A stretch of DNA of 64,000 bases. Source: Vulcanimicrobiota bacterium. GTDB lineage: Bacteria > Vulcanimicrobiota > Vulcanimicrobiia > Vulcanimicrobiales > Vulcanimicrobiaceae. Shown here one piece after another: positions 12,090 to 22,636 of the stretch. The number at the start of each line of letters is the position of its first letter. The first letter of the stretch is position 1. The notes below the pieces were generated by a model that was given only the letters and a program-made list of their open reading frames with translations, ran no database searches and was not told the origin of the DNA. Position numbers and translations under genes: made by a program. The DNA lies in the NCBI GenBank assembly GCA_963820825.1, contig CAWGBN010000005.1, forward strand, positions 1 through 64,000, written 5' to 3'.

Positions 12090-12900
12090 CGATTCGCGAC
12101 GCACTGCTGCGCGCTCGCCGGCGTCCGCGACATCTGGGTGCCGGATCGCCGACGATCTATCGCGGCGACGGCTACGAGTTCGTCGAGCTGCGCGCCTACG
12201 TTCCCGGCGACGACGTGCGCCGCATCGACTGGGCGGCGACGGCGCGCTCGGGCGACCTGCAGACGCGCGTCGTGCTCGAAGACGTCGCGCTCACGCTGGC
12301 CGGAATCGTCGACGCGTCGCCGTCGATGCGCGTCGGGCGCCAGCGCCCGCTGCTCGACGCCGGCGCGCGAGGCGCTCGAGAGTTGGTTCGGCGCGGCGAG
12401 CGGTGAGGATCGCTGCATCCGCATCGAGGCCGATGCAGTGACGCCGCCCGCGCTGCAGCGCCGCGCCCGCCACGCCGTTGCGCATGCGCACCGGCAACGA
12501 GCGGATGTTCGACGCGCGGCGCGCGCTGCGCACCGCTCGCGCCGCGCTGCCGCGTGGAACGGCCTTGCTGGCGATCGGCGATTGGTACGACCTGGCTAGC
12601 ACGCTCGATCGCGACTTGGCGGACCTCGGCGCGCGGTTCGATTGCACCGTGCTCGTCGCGCGCGATCCCTGGTACGACGGGCTTACCGCTGGGCGGCATC
12701 GTCCGCTTGCGCGGCGCGGAAGGCGGAATGCTGCGCGCCTACGTCGGTCCGCGCGAGCGCGTCGGCGTACGCGGCGGCGGTGCGCGAGCGCGAGGCCGCG
12801 CTGCTGGCGCGCTTTGGCGCGGCGAACTGGCGCACCGGCATTCTGCACGAGGAGAACGGCGCAGCCTCTCTGGCCGCCGCCTTCGGCCTGCGCGGCGTGA
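12086..12900 (+). CDS. DUF58 domain protein (frameshifted)
   Basis: GDGYEFVELRAYVPGDDVRRIDWAATAR signature; follows moxR. Confidence 0.88.
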
Positions 12901-13827
12901 GCATCGACCATCCGGCGCGACTGCTCGTGCTGGCGTCGTAATCGGTGACGCTCTTCGCGCTGCTCTATCACTGGCTGACGCGCCGCGCGACGGCGCGCGA
13001 CCTCGCCTATTCCAACATCGCCTTCTTCGAAACGGCGGCCAAACCGCGCGCAGCTGGATTCCGCGTCCGCTCCAAGCGCTTTGGATCGTCGCGCTCGCGG
13101 TGCGTCGTGCTGGCAGTTTCCGGGCCGCACCTGACGCTGGCGGTGCCGGCGCGCGACGGCAGCGTCTTCGTCTGCATCGACACGTCGGGCTCGATGCAGT
13201 CGACCGACGTCTCGCCGACGCGCGCGCAGGCCGCCAAGGCCGCCGCGCGCGCCTTCATCAACGAGAGCGCCGCCGGGTACAAAGATCGGCATCATTGCGT
13301 TTGACGGAACCGCCGAGGTCGTCGCAGCCGCTCAGCGCCGATCACCAGCAGGTCATCGCATCGCTCGACGAGATACCGCTCGCCCAACGGCGCGACGGCA
13401 ATCGGCGACGCGCTCAAACTGGCCGCGCAGATGCTTGCCGCCGGCCGGCCATCGCGTCGTCATTCTGATTACCGACGGCGTGAACAACTCGGGCACCGAT
13501 CCCGACGAGATCTCGCAGTGGCTGGGCGCGCATCACGTTCCGGTTTATACCGTCGGCATCGGCACGCCCAACGGCGGCCTGATCCCCGGCACCAACGAAG
13601 AGGCGACGATTGACGAGAACGCGCTGCGCGGTTACGCGCAAGCTTCGGGCGGCGCCTACGCGCGCGCCGAGAACGCGACCCAGCTGCGCGACGCGCTCGC
13701 GCAGCTCGGCCGCATCACCTCGCTGCAGCGCAAGCCGGTCGACGCTCGCTGGGCTTCGCCGTTGCCGGCGCGCTGGGAATGCTCGCGGCCTTTCTCGCCG
13801 GCTTCGGACTTAGGACGCTATCCGTGA
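12897..13827 (+). CDS. vWA domain membrane protein, BatA-like (frameshifted)
   Basis: N-terminal TM segments, MIDAS DTSGSM, TAIGDAL, ILITDG, VYTVGIGT. Confidence 0.85.
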
Positions 13828-14406
13828 ACGATCCGACTCGCGCAGCTGGCGCGATGGATCGACGATGCCGGCGGCCTGGAACGCCTCGAGGCCGTCGACG
13901 ATGTGTTTGGCAACGGCCGATACGCAAGCGCGTCCGTCGGCACGGCTCGTGCTCCTGCGCGGTCTCGACGATCGCGGTCTGCGATTCTTTCACGTCGTAC
14001 CTCAGCCGCAAAGGGCGCGAACTCACCGAAAACCCGCACGCCGCCGCCGTACTCTATTGGCGCAAGCTCGGCCGTCAAGCGCGCGATCGAAGGCGCCGTC
14101 GCGCCGCTGAGCGAGGATCGAATCCGACGCGTACTTCGACGCGCGCCCGCGCGGCCATCAACTCGCCGCGTGGGCATCGGAGCAGAGCGAACCGATCGAA
14201 GACTACGAGATGCTCGCCGATCGCTTTTCCGCACTTCGCGAGCGCTTTGAAGGAGACGACCGTTCCGCGTCCCCATTCTTGGGGCGGCTATCTTGCTAAC
14301 GCCGTCGCTCATCGAGTTCTGGCAAAACCGCCCCAACCGTATGCACGAACGCACGCTCTATACGCGCAGCGGCGGTGCTTGGGTGGAGAGTCTGCTGCAA
14401 CCGTAA
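13824..14406 (+). CDS. pdxH: Pyridoxine/pyridoxamine 5'-phosphate oxidase (frameshifted)
   Basis: MCLATAD...PSARLVLLRG, SRKGREL.ENP, PRPHSWGGY, EFWQNRPNRMHER, C-terminal LQP. Confidence 0.88.
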
Positions 14407-14407
14407 G

Positions 14408-15213
14408 ATGAGGACAGGAACGATGAGTGTACGCCGGCTGATCTTGGGCGACGACGGCAAGTTGCAGCCGATCTGGCGAGCGATTCTCTTCTTCGTGCTC
14501 GGCCGCCAACTGCTCTTTCCGTATCTGCTCGATCCGCTCTTCGGAGCGGCGGAGAAACGTCTTGGGCTTGCGCCGGAGCTCTCCGCAGCCGCGATTTTCT
14601 GCGACGAGTTCGAGTTGCTCGTCGGCGCACTGATTTTGACCGGGCTCTTCGCGCTCTACGAAGGGCGACGCGTCGACTCGTACGGTCTTCCCGTCCGACA
14701 GGCGTTCGGGCGACGTTGCTCGAAGCGATCGCGTTTTGGGCGATTGCCAACGTTACCGTCGGCATTGCCGAGGAGATGTGGTACCGCGGATATCTTCTGC
14801 AGACGCTCTGGAAAGGCGTCGGCTTCTGGCCGGCTGCGGCGCTGCTCTCGCTGGCGTTTGCTTCCGACCACTACTTTTATAAATCGGGCGAGAATCTCTT
14901 CGACGTCGTCAGCCTCGTCGCGTTCAACATCCTGGTCTGTTACACGGTGCTCAAGACAGGCTCGCTCTGGTTCGGTGTCGGGATGCATACGGCGTTCGAT
15001 TTCACGCAGCTCTTTCTCATCGGAACCAAGAACGGCAATTATGTGCCCGTCGACCATCTGCTCGACGCAACCTTTCCGGGACCGGCATGGCTTACCGGCG
15101 GCGTGCTTGGAACCGAAGCGAGCGTGTTGATGTACCCGCTCTTCGTACTCGTTTTTGCCTACGTCTGGTGGCGTTTTCGCCCGGCCCGAGGGAAGAACCC
15201 GATACGTCCATAA
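14408..15213 (+). CDS. CPBP (Abi/CAAX) family intramembrane metalloprotease (one apparent frameshift near 14710)
   Basis: EEMWYRGY, F...H, GSLW...GMH motifs, GGVLGTEAS, multiple TM helices. Confidence 0.85.
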
Positions 15214-15228
15214 AGACTCAGCCCGAGC

Positions 15229-18200
15229 ATGCCTCGGCGTAATATCATGGTCATCGGGTCGGGGCCGATCGTCATCGGCCAGGCTGCGGAGTTTGATTAC
15301 GCCGGAGTTCAAGCGTGCCGTGCGCTGCGCGAGGAAGGCCATCGCGTTCTCCTCGTCAACTCGAATCCGGCAACCATCATGACCGACCCCGAGGTCGCGG
15401 ACGCGGTCTATCTCGAGCCGTTGACGGTCGCTTCGCTGCAGGAGATCATCGAACGCGAGCGTCCGGATGCGTTGTTGCCGACGCTCGGCGGACAGACCGG
15501 GCTGAATCTCGCGGTCGAGCTCGACGAAGCCGGCGTCCTCGAGCGTTACGGCGTCGAACTGCTCGGGACGCCGATCGAAACGATCAGGCTCGCCGAAGAC
15601 CGCGAGCGCTTCAAACTCAAGATGCTCGAGATCGGCGAACCGGTACCGGAGAGCGCGATCGTCACCGCGATCGACGAGGGGCTCGCCTTCGCCAAGATCG
15701 CGGGGTATCCGCTAGTGGTTCGGCCCGCCTACACGCTGGCCGGCACCGGCGGCGGCGTCGTCTACGATGAGCTCCAACTGCGCGAGACGCTCGATGCCGG
15801 CCTCAACGCGAGCCTGATTCATCAAGCGCTTCTGGAGACGTCGCTGCTGGGCTGGAAAGAGATCGAATACGAAGTCCTGCGGGACGGTGCGGGCAACTGC
15901 ATCGTGGTCTGCAACATGGAGAACATCGATCCGGTCGGCGTCCATACCGGCGATTCGATCGTCGTTGCGCCCTCGCAGACGCTCTCCGACTACGAGTACC
16001 AAATGCTGCGCAGCGCGAGCATCAACGTCATTCGCGCGCTCGACGTTCAAGGAGGCTGCAACATTCAGTTCGCGCTCCATCCCGAGCGCAGCGAATACGC
16101 CATCATCGAAGTCAATCCGCGCGTCTCACGCAGCTCCGCGCTCGCATCTAAGGCCACCGGCTACCCGATCGCCAAGATCGCGACGCGCATAGCGCTGGGC
16201 CAGCGGCTCGACGAGATTCCCAATCCCGTCACCGGCGTGACCAAGGCTGCGTACGAACCGACGCTTGACTACGTCGTCGTGAAGATTCCGCGCTGGCCGT
16301 TCGACAAGTTTCCGATCGCCGATACCGCTCTGGGGACGCAGATGAAGTCGACCGGCGAGGCGATGGGCATTGGACGCACCTTCCGTGCCGCACTGCTCAA
16401 AGCCGTCCGCGGCCTCGACCTCAACCGCGAGACGCTCACCGGCATGCTCGCCGAATGGAGCGACGACGAGCTCGAAGCGGTGATCGCTCGCCCAACCCAC
16501 GAGCGCCTCTTTGCCGTTAGCGAGATGCTGCGCCGCGCGCACAGCGGACAGGACGACGCGATCGAGCGCATTCACGCCGCCAGCGCGATCGACCGTTTCT
16601 GGCTCTTCGAGCTCGCCGGCCTCGTTGCGCTCGAAGAGCGGCTGCGGCAAAATCCGACCGATCGCGACTTCGCCGATGCTTGGGAGTCGGGCTATAGCAC
16701 CGCGAGCTTGGCCCGCTTGACGAACGGGGCGCCGGCGCGCAACGGCCACGTTACGCCGCAGCGTGCATTTCGCATGGTCGATACTGCCGCGGCCGAGTTC
16801 CCGGCCAAATCGCCGTACTACTATCTCTCGCGAGGCGAGCTCGACGAAATGCGTCCCACGCCGCGCGACGCGGTCGTCGTCGTCGGAAGCGGGCCGATCC
16901 GCATCGGGCAAGGCATCGAGTTCGATTACAGCTGCGTGCACGCGGCCTGGGCGCTCAAGGAGGCGGGCCGGTCACCGGTCGTTATCAACAACAATCCGGA
17001 GACGGTCTCGACCGACTTCGATATCTCCGACGCGCTCGTCTTCGAACCGCCGGGCGCCGACGAGGTCGAAGCGGTTTATCGCGCGACCGACGCATGCGGC
17101 GTCATGCTCGCCTTCGGCGGGCAGACGGCGATCAATCTCGCCGGCGAGCTCACCCGCCGCGGGGTGCCGATCGTCGGGAGCGATCGCCGCTCGCTCGACA
17201 TGGCCGAGAACCGCGAAGAGTTCGACGCCGCACTCGCGCGGCTCGGCGTTGCTCGGCCGCAAGGAAAAGCGGCTCGCAGTTTCCGCGAAGCTCGAGCGAT
17301 CGCGCGCGAGCTCGGCTTTCCGGTGCTCGTGCGGCCGTCGTTCGTCTTGGGCGGACGGGCGATGGAGATCGTTTACAACGAAGCGCAGCTCGCAGCGTAC
17401 GCCGAATCCGCGCCTCCGATTCTACCGGACGCACCGCTTCTGGTCGACAAGTATCTGCGCGGACTCGAGCTGGAGGTCGACGCCGCCTTCGATGGCGAGG
17501 ACATCCTCATACCGGGCATCTTCGAGCACGTGGAACGCGCGGGCGTGCACTCCGGAGATTCGATCGGGGTCTATCCGGTGCAATCGATCGATGCCGAGAT
17601 GGAACGGCGTATCGCCGGCGTTACCGCGGCGATCGCCGCCGAGTTACGCACCCGCGGACTGATCAACATTCAGTTCGTCGTGCATCAGGGTGTCCTCTAC
17701 ATCATCGAGGCGAATCCGCGCGCGAGCCGCACGGTTCCGATCATTCAAAAGGCCACGGGTATCAATCTGGTCGCGGCCGCAACGCGCATCGCGCTCGGCG
17801 AACGGCTGCGCGACATGGAGTACGGGACGGGCTTGATTCCGCACGTTCCCTACGTCGTCGTCAAAGTGCCGGTCTTTTCGTTCTCGAAGATGCGGGGAGT
17901 CGAGACGGTTCTCGGACCGGAGATGAAGTCGACCGGCGAGGTGCTGGGAATCGACGAGTCGTTCGGCGGGGCACTGCGCAAGGGATTCGTGGCGGCCGGC
18001 GTGCGATTGCCTGGAACGGGCGGACGGATTCTCGTCTCGATCGCCGATGAAGAGAAGGACGAGTCGATTCCAGTCTTGCGCGCTTACGCCGATCTCGGGC
18101 ATACCCTCGTCGCGACACCCGGGACGCGCGCGACGCTCGAGCAGGCGGGCATTGCAACCGAACCGGTCAATAAGATTGCCGACGGCTCGCCGCACGTGCT

Positions 18201-18426
18201 CGATCTCATCACCTCGCGCCGCGTCGATCTGGTCATCAACGACGCGAAAGGTCCACGTGAAATCTCCGACGACTACAAGATTCGCCGAGCCGCGGTCGAA
18301 GCGAGCATTGCGTGTTTGACGAGTCTCGACACCGCGCGAGCGCTGGCGGAGGCGCTCACCAGCAAGGCCGGGCCTCCGCGCAGTCTGCAAGAGTATCGCA
18401 ACGCTCGGGCGACGACCCTCTCGTAG
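15229..18426 (+). CDS. carB: Carbamoyl-phosphate synthase large subunit
   Basis: IGSGPIVIGQAAEFDY, two ATP-grasp repeats, IEVNPRVSRSS, C-terminal MGS domain; intact 1065-aa ORF. Confidence 0.97.
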   Translation: MPRRNIMVIGSGPIVIGQAAEFDYAGVQACRALREEGHRVLLVNSNPATIMTDPEVADAVYLEPLTVASLQEIIERERPDALLPTLGGQTGLNLAVELDEAGVLERYGVELLGTPIETIRLAEDRERFKLKMLEIGEPVPESAIVTAIDEGLAFAKIAGYPLVVRPAYTLAGTGGGVVYDELQLRETLDAGLNASLIHQALLETSLLGWKEIEYEVLRDGAGNCIVVCNMENIDPVGVHTGDSIVVAPSQTLSDYEYQMLRSASINVIRALDVQGGCNIQFALHPERSEYAIIEVNPRVSRSSALASKATGYPIAKIATRIALGQRLDEIPNPVTGVTKAAYEPTLDYVVVKIPRWPFDKFPIADTALGTQMKSTGEAMGIGRTFRAALLKAVRGLDLNRETLTGMLAEWSDDELEAVIARPTHERLFAVSEMLRRAHSGQDDAIERIHAASAIDRFWLFELAGLVALEERLRQNPTDRDFADAWESGYSTASLARLTNGAPARNGHVTPQRAFRMVDTAAAEFPAKSPYYYLSRGELDEMRPTPRDAVVVVGSGPIRIGQGIEFDYSCVHAAWALKEAGRSPVVINNNPETVSTDFDISDALVFEPPGADEVEAVYRATDACGVMLAFGGQTAINLAGELTRRGVPIVGSDRRSLDMAENREEFDAALARLGVARPQGKAARSFREARAIARELGFPVLVRPSFVLGGRAMEIVYNEAQLAAYAESAPPILPDAPLLVDKYLRGLELEVDAAFDGEDILIPGIFEHVERAGVHSGDSIGVYPVQSIDAEMERRIAGVTAAIAAELRTRGLINIQFVVHQGVLYIIEANPRASRTVPIIQKATGINLVAAATRIALGERLRDMEYGTGLIPHVPYVVVKVPVFSFSKMRGVETVLGPEMKSTGEVLGIDESFGGALRKGFVAAGVRLPGTGGRILVSIADEEKDESIPVLRAYADLGHTLVATPGTRATLEQAGIATEPVNKIADGSPHVLDLITSRRVDLVINDAKGPREISDDYKIRRAAVEASIACLTSLDTARALAEALTSKAGPPRSLQEYRNARATTLS

Positions 18427-18482
18427 AATCGGCCGGCGAGCCGCAGGTCTTTGCAATCGGCGCAAACCTGAGCACGCTCGCG

Positions 18483-19145
18483 GTGGTCAATACGCTGCGC
18501 GCGACGAAGGGCGGCACGATCGCGGTGCATCTTCTGCCGCTCGCTGCGACGCCGCGCGGCATGGCGATCGGCGAGAAGAAAGAGAAGGTCGGCCTAACGC
18601 TCGCCGGGCTCTTCGATTGGATCGATCGCACCTTTCCACCGGAGGACGAGCACGCATTCGTCGCATCGATGCGCGATTTCGAACTACTCGCTCGTGCCGG
18701 ATGGGAGTCTCCCTTTCCGGAGCGGCTCGAGCCGGGCAACGTCCTCAATCTGGAAGATCTTCCAAGCGACGTCGCCGAGGCGTTGGCACGGCCGCCCGCT
18801 GCGCTCGTCCAGTGCGCGACCTGCCGGAGACTCTGCGTTCGCGGCGAGTTCGTCTTGCGGGAGAAGGAGCTCTGCGCTTGGGATTTCCACGCCGCCGCCT
18901 TCGGCAAGCGTGGTCCGTGGCGCGAAGGCAGCTACGAGCCGCGTCACTTCGAGACGCTCCTAACCTGCGCGTACGTCGTGCCGGAGCTCCTGGAGGAGCT
19001 GGGCGTGGATACGCTGCTCGCCGTCGGTCTTTGCGCGGACGGTGCGGCCGATAGCGTCGTGAATGCGCTGCTCGAAAACGACGCCGGACGCCCGCACCTC
19101 GTGGTGAGAACCGCCGACGGCTTGACGGTGCTGCGCGAACGATGA
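18483..19145 (+). CDS. Hypothetical protein with Cys/His cluster (start uncertain)
   Basis: Protein-like ORF filling the carB-pbpA gap, CATCRRLC...CAWDFH; stop overlaps pbpA start (ATGA). Confidence 0.65.
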   Translation: MVNTLRATKGGTIAVHLLPLAATPRGMAIGEKKEKVGLTLAGLFDWIDRTFPPEDEHAFVASMRDFELLARAGWESPFPERLEPGNVLNLEDLPSDVAEALARPPAALVQCATCRRLCVRGEFVLREKELCAWDFHAAAFGKRGPWREGSYEPRHFETLLTCAYVVPELLEELGVDTLLAVGLCADGAADSVVNALLENDAGRPHLVVRTADGLTVLRER

Positions 19146-20551
19146 CCAATCGCGCGATCCGCGATCTCTCGGCATTCTTCGTTCTGCTCTTCGCGGCGCT
19201 CGCACTGCGTCAGATCTACATTCAGCTCGTTGCCGCACCGCAGATCGCCGCGCGCGCGGAGAATCCGCGCCACGCGCTGCTCGATGCCGGACGCGGGCGA
19301 ATTCTCGCAAGCGATGGAACCGTCTTGGCCGAGACGCTCGAGGGCAAGCGCCACTATCCGCTCGGTCCGGAACTCGCCGCGCCGGTCGGTTACGACTCGA
19401 TCCGGTACGGCACGAGCGGCATCGAGGGGGGCTTCGACCGCGCGTTGAGCTCGCCGAGTCTCGGCGGCGATCCGATGTCGCAGCTTGGCGAGCTCGAGTC
19501 GGAGCTGCGCGGAACTCCGGTGACGGCGCACGGCGCCGACGTCATCACCACGATCGTGCCGGCCGTTCAATCGAAGCTCTTCGAACTGCTCTCGAAGTAC
19601 CCGCGCGCCGCCGGCGTCGTTCTCGATCCGCACACCGGCGCGGTGCTCGCGATGGCAAGCGTGCCGAGCTACGACCCCAACGATTTCGACGCCCAGTTTC
19701 CATCGCTACGAGCCGATCCCGGGGCGCCGCTGCTCGATCGCGCACTCGACGGTCTCTATCCGCCCGGCTCGACCTTCAAGATCTTCACTGCGGCGGCGGC
19801 GCTCGAGAGCGGCGCCGTGGCGATGGACTCCCATTTCGAAGATCCGGGATACCTCGTCATCGGCGACTTTACGCTGCACGATAACGAGAGCGAGGCGACC
19901 GGCTACGGCGACTTGACGCGGGCCTTCGCGCTGTCGAGCAACGTCGACTTCGCCCAGATCGCCCTGAAGATGGGCGTCGACACGTTCTACGAGTATCTCG
20001 GACGGTGGGGTATCGGCGAGCCGCTCGATTTCCAGCTCCCCTCGGAACGCGACCGGGTACCGGAGAAGACGAGCATCGTCCCGGGCGAGCTCGCTCAGAT
20101 GGGGTTCGGACAGGGCGCGCTCCTGATGACGCCGCTGCAGATGGCGCTGCTCGGCGCGACGATCGCCAACGGTGGGGACGAGCCGCGACCCTATATCGTT
20201 CGCGACGTCACCAACCAGGGCGTCTCCCTGAGCTCCTACGGCCCGGCAACGCTCGCAAGCCCGGTATCGCAGCAGACCGCCGCGAAGGTTACGGAAATGA
20301 TGGTTGCCGTCGTCGAACGGGGAACGGGGACTCCGGCGCAGTTGCCGCACGTTACCGTCGCGGGAAAGACCGGAACGGCCACCAACCCGCTGGGCCTCTC
20401 GCACGCATGGTTTGTCGCCTTCGCTCCGGCGCAAGCGCCGCGCGTCGCGGTGTCGATCGTCGTCGAGAACGTCGGCTACGGCGCGACCTACGCGGCTCCA
20501 ATTGCGCGCGAGGTGCTGCGAGCTGCGTTGGCCGGCAGCGGGAACGAGTAG
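19142..20551 (+). CDS. pbpA: Class B penicillin-binding protein (PbpA-like)
   Basis: N-terminal TM, RGRILASDG, PGSTFK (SxxK), SSN (SxN), KTGT; adjacent to PASTA kinase. Confidence 0.9.
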   Translation: MTNRAIRDLSAFFVLLFAALALRQIYIQLVAAPQIAARAENPRHALLDAGRGRILASDGTVLAETLEGKRHYPLGPELAAPVGYDSIRYGTSGIEGGFDRALSSPSLGGDPMSQLGELESELRGTPVTAHGADVITTIVPAVQSKLFELLSKYPRAAGVVLDPHTGAVLAMASVPSYDPNDFDAQFPSLRADPGAPLLDRALDGLYPPGSTFKIFTAAAALESGAVAMDSHFEDPGYLVIGDFTLHDNESEATGYGDLTRAFALSSNVDFAQIALKMGVDTFYEYLGRWGIGEPLDFQLPSERDRVPEKTSIVPGELAQMGFGQGALLMTPLQMALLGATIANGGDEPRPYIVRDVTNQGVSLSSYGPATLASPVSQQTAAKVTEMMVAVVERGTGTPAQLPHVTVAGKTGTATNPLGLSHAWFVAFAPAQAPRVAVSIVVENVGYGATYAAPIAREVLRAALAGSGNE

Positions 20552-22636
20552 TTGATCGAAGAGAGAATCTTCAACAACCGGTATCGGCTCGACCGCAAGC
20601 TCGGTGAGGGCGGCATGGCGACGGTCTTCTGCGGTACCGATATTCTGTTGCGCCGTCGCGTTGCGATTAAGGTCTTGCGGGAGCAGTATGCTGCCGACGA
20701 GGAGTTCGTCCGGCGGTTCTATCAGGAGGCCGAATCGGCCGCAAAGCTCTCGCACCCCAACATCGTCAACACCTACGACGTCGGCCGCCAGGACGAGACC
20801 TATTTCATCGTCATGGAGCTGGTGGACGGACCATCGCTCGCCGAGATCATCGCGGCAGATGGGCGTCTCCCCGAGCCGGTCGCAATCGATTACGCTGCGC
20901 AGATTGCCAGCGGGCTCGCATACGCGCACCGTCAGGGCCTGCTGCACCGCGACATCAAACCGGCAAACGTCCTGGTAACGAAGGACGACGTCGTCAAGCT
21001 CTCCGATTTCGGCATCGCGCGTGCCGTCTCGCAGCAGACGATGGCCCTCACTAAGCCTGGACTAGTCATGGGCAGCGTCTACTATATTTCGCCCGAGCAG
21101 GCCCAAGAGCACGAAGTGAACGAGACCTCGGATCTCTATAGCCTCGGCGTCGTGCTCTATCAGATGCTTACCGGCAAGCTTCCGTACGCCGGTGAGTCTC
21201 CGGTGACCGTCGCGCTCAAGCATATCGGCGATCCCGTCCCAACCATCGATGCAACCGAGACCGGGGTCAGCCCGGCGCTCGCTGCGATCGTCAACCGCTT
21301 GCTGCAGAAACGGCCCGAGAACCGGTTTCAGTCGGCGAGTGAGCTCGCAACGGCACTGCGCGAGGCGCGCGAGCGTCCCAGCGTCGCCGGATACCGCATC
21401 GCCGACGATGCGCCGACGAGCGTCATCGCTTCGACGCGTCTCCCGCCGCGCCGTTCGCCGATGCCCGACCGTTCGTACCGCGGCTCAGAGGAGATCGAGC
21501 CGCGGTCGGTGCGGCGTTCGCCGTGGGTCCCCGTCGCCCTGATCGCCGCACTGGTCGCCGCAACCGCGCTCGGGTATGCGATCTTTACGCGATCGTTTCC
21601 GGCGATGAGCGGTGGAATCGTGGTCGCGGATTACACCGGGATGACGCAAGCGCAAGCGCAGGAGGAGGTCGTCAACGCCGGATTACGGACGCGCTTCATG
21701 AAGAGCGCGAGCGAGACGGTGCCGCCCGATCACGTGATCCGTCAATCGCCTCCCGCCGGAGCGAAGGTGGAGCGCAATCAAGTCGTCGAGCTGGTCGTGA
21801 GCAACGGCAAGCCGCTGCGTGGGTTGGAGGACGTACGCGGCTTCAACGTCAACGACGCGCAGCGCGCCTTGCAGCAAGAAGGCTTTGCCGTCACGCTCGA
21901 TCGCCGCTTCGACAATACGGTTCGAGACAACGTGCTCGATCAGGCGCCCAAACCCGGCGCAAAAGTTCCCGAAGGCAGCCGCATCACCTTGACGGTCTCG
22001 GATGGTCCTCTGCCGATCCGGATTCCCAACTTCGTGGGCATGCCGGTCGGTCGCGCTCGCGCGCTCGCGGCGCGGCTCGGGATCACCCTCGATACGTCGC
22101 AGAGCGTACCGGGGTTGCCGGCCGATACCGTCGCCGAACAGAACGTTGCGCAGGGAGCGACGGTCGACCGCAACGCAACCGTTCGCGTCGTCGTCAACAG
22201 CGGTATGCCCAACGCGGCGCCGACGCTTGCGCCGAACGGTCCGATTGCAGCCCTGCCGAGCGTGGTTGGCGAGGATTACGGATCCGCGCAGGCGGCGCTG
22301 ACGCAGGCCGGATTTCAGGTGGCGGTGCGCTACGTTCAGCAGAGCGCGAATAACGGCAAGGTCGTCGAGCAGAACCCGCCGGCCGGCGCGGTCGCGCAAG
22401 GCTCGACGGTGATCGTGATGCTCTCGGTCTCCGGCGAGGTTCCCGATACCGACGGTTTGGCGCCGGACGACGCGACGGCACTCTTGCAATCCTACGGATA
22501 TACGGTGGCACGGCGGGAGTACACAACCGCCGTCGGCGCGGGCGGAAAGGTCGTCGGAACGCAGCCTGCGGCGGGGGCCGCCCTCACGCCCGGATCCTCC
22601 GTCACGATGACCGTGAACGGAACGCCGCCGCCCTGA
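20552..22636 (+). CDS. pknB: PASTA-domain Ser/Thr protein kinase (PknB/Stk1 family)
   Basis: LGEGGMATV, VAIK, HRDIKPAN, DFGIAR, TM helix, several C-terminal PASTA repeats. Confidence 0.95.
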   Translation: MIEERIFNNRYRLDRKLGEGGMATVFCGTDILLRRRVAIKVLREQYAADEEFVRRFYQEAESAAKLSHPNIVNTYDVGRQDETYFIVMELVDGPSLAEIIAADGRLPEPVAIDYAAQIASGLAYAHRQGLLHRDIKPANVLVTKDDVVKLSDFGIARAVSQQTMALTKPGLVMGSVYYISPEQAQEHEVNETSDLYSLGVVLYQMLTGKLPYAGESPVTVALKHIGDPVPTIDATETGVSPALAAIVNRLLQKRPENRFQSASELATALREARERPSVAGYRIADDAPTSVIASTRLPPRRSPMPDRSYRGSEEIEPRSVRRSPWVPVALIAALVAATALGYAIFTRSFPAMSGGIVVADYTGMTQAQAQEEVVNAGLRTRFMKSASETVPPDHVIRQSPPAGAKVERNQVVELVVSNGKPLRGLEDVRGFNVNDAQRALQQEGFAVTLDRRFDNTVRDNVLDQAPKPGAKVPEGSRITLTVSDGPLPIRIPNFVGMPVGRARALAARLGITLDTSQSVPGLPADTVAEQNVAQGATVDRNATVRVVVNSGMPNAAPTLAPNGPIAALPSVVGEDYGSAQAALTQAGFQVAVRYVQQSANNGKVVEQNPPAGAVAQGSTVIVMLSVSGEVPDTDGLAPDDATALLQSYGYTVARREYTTAVGAGGKVVGTQPAAGAALTPGSSVTMTVNGTPPP

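Noticed and set aside
2431..14720. Pseudogene cluster or programmed frameshifting
   Set aside because: Essential genes are affected, motifs are intact in alternating frames, and I saw no consistent slippery sites. Sequencing error is far more likely.
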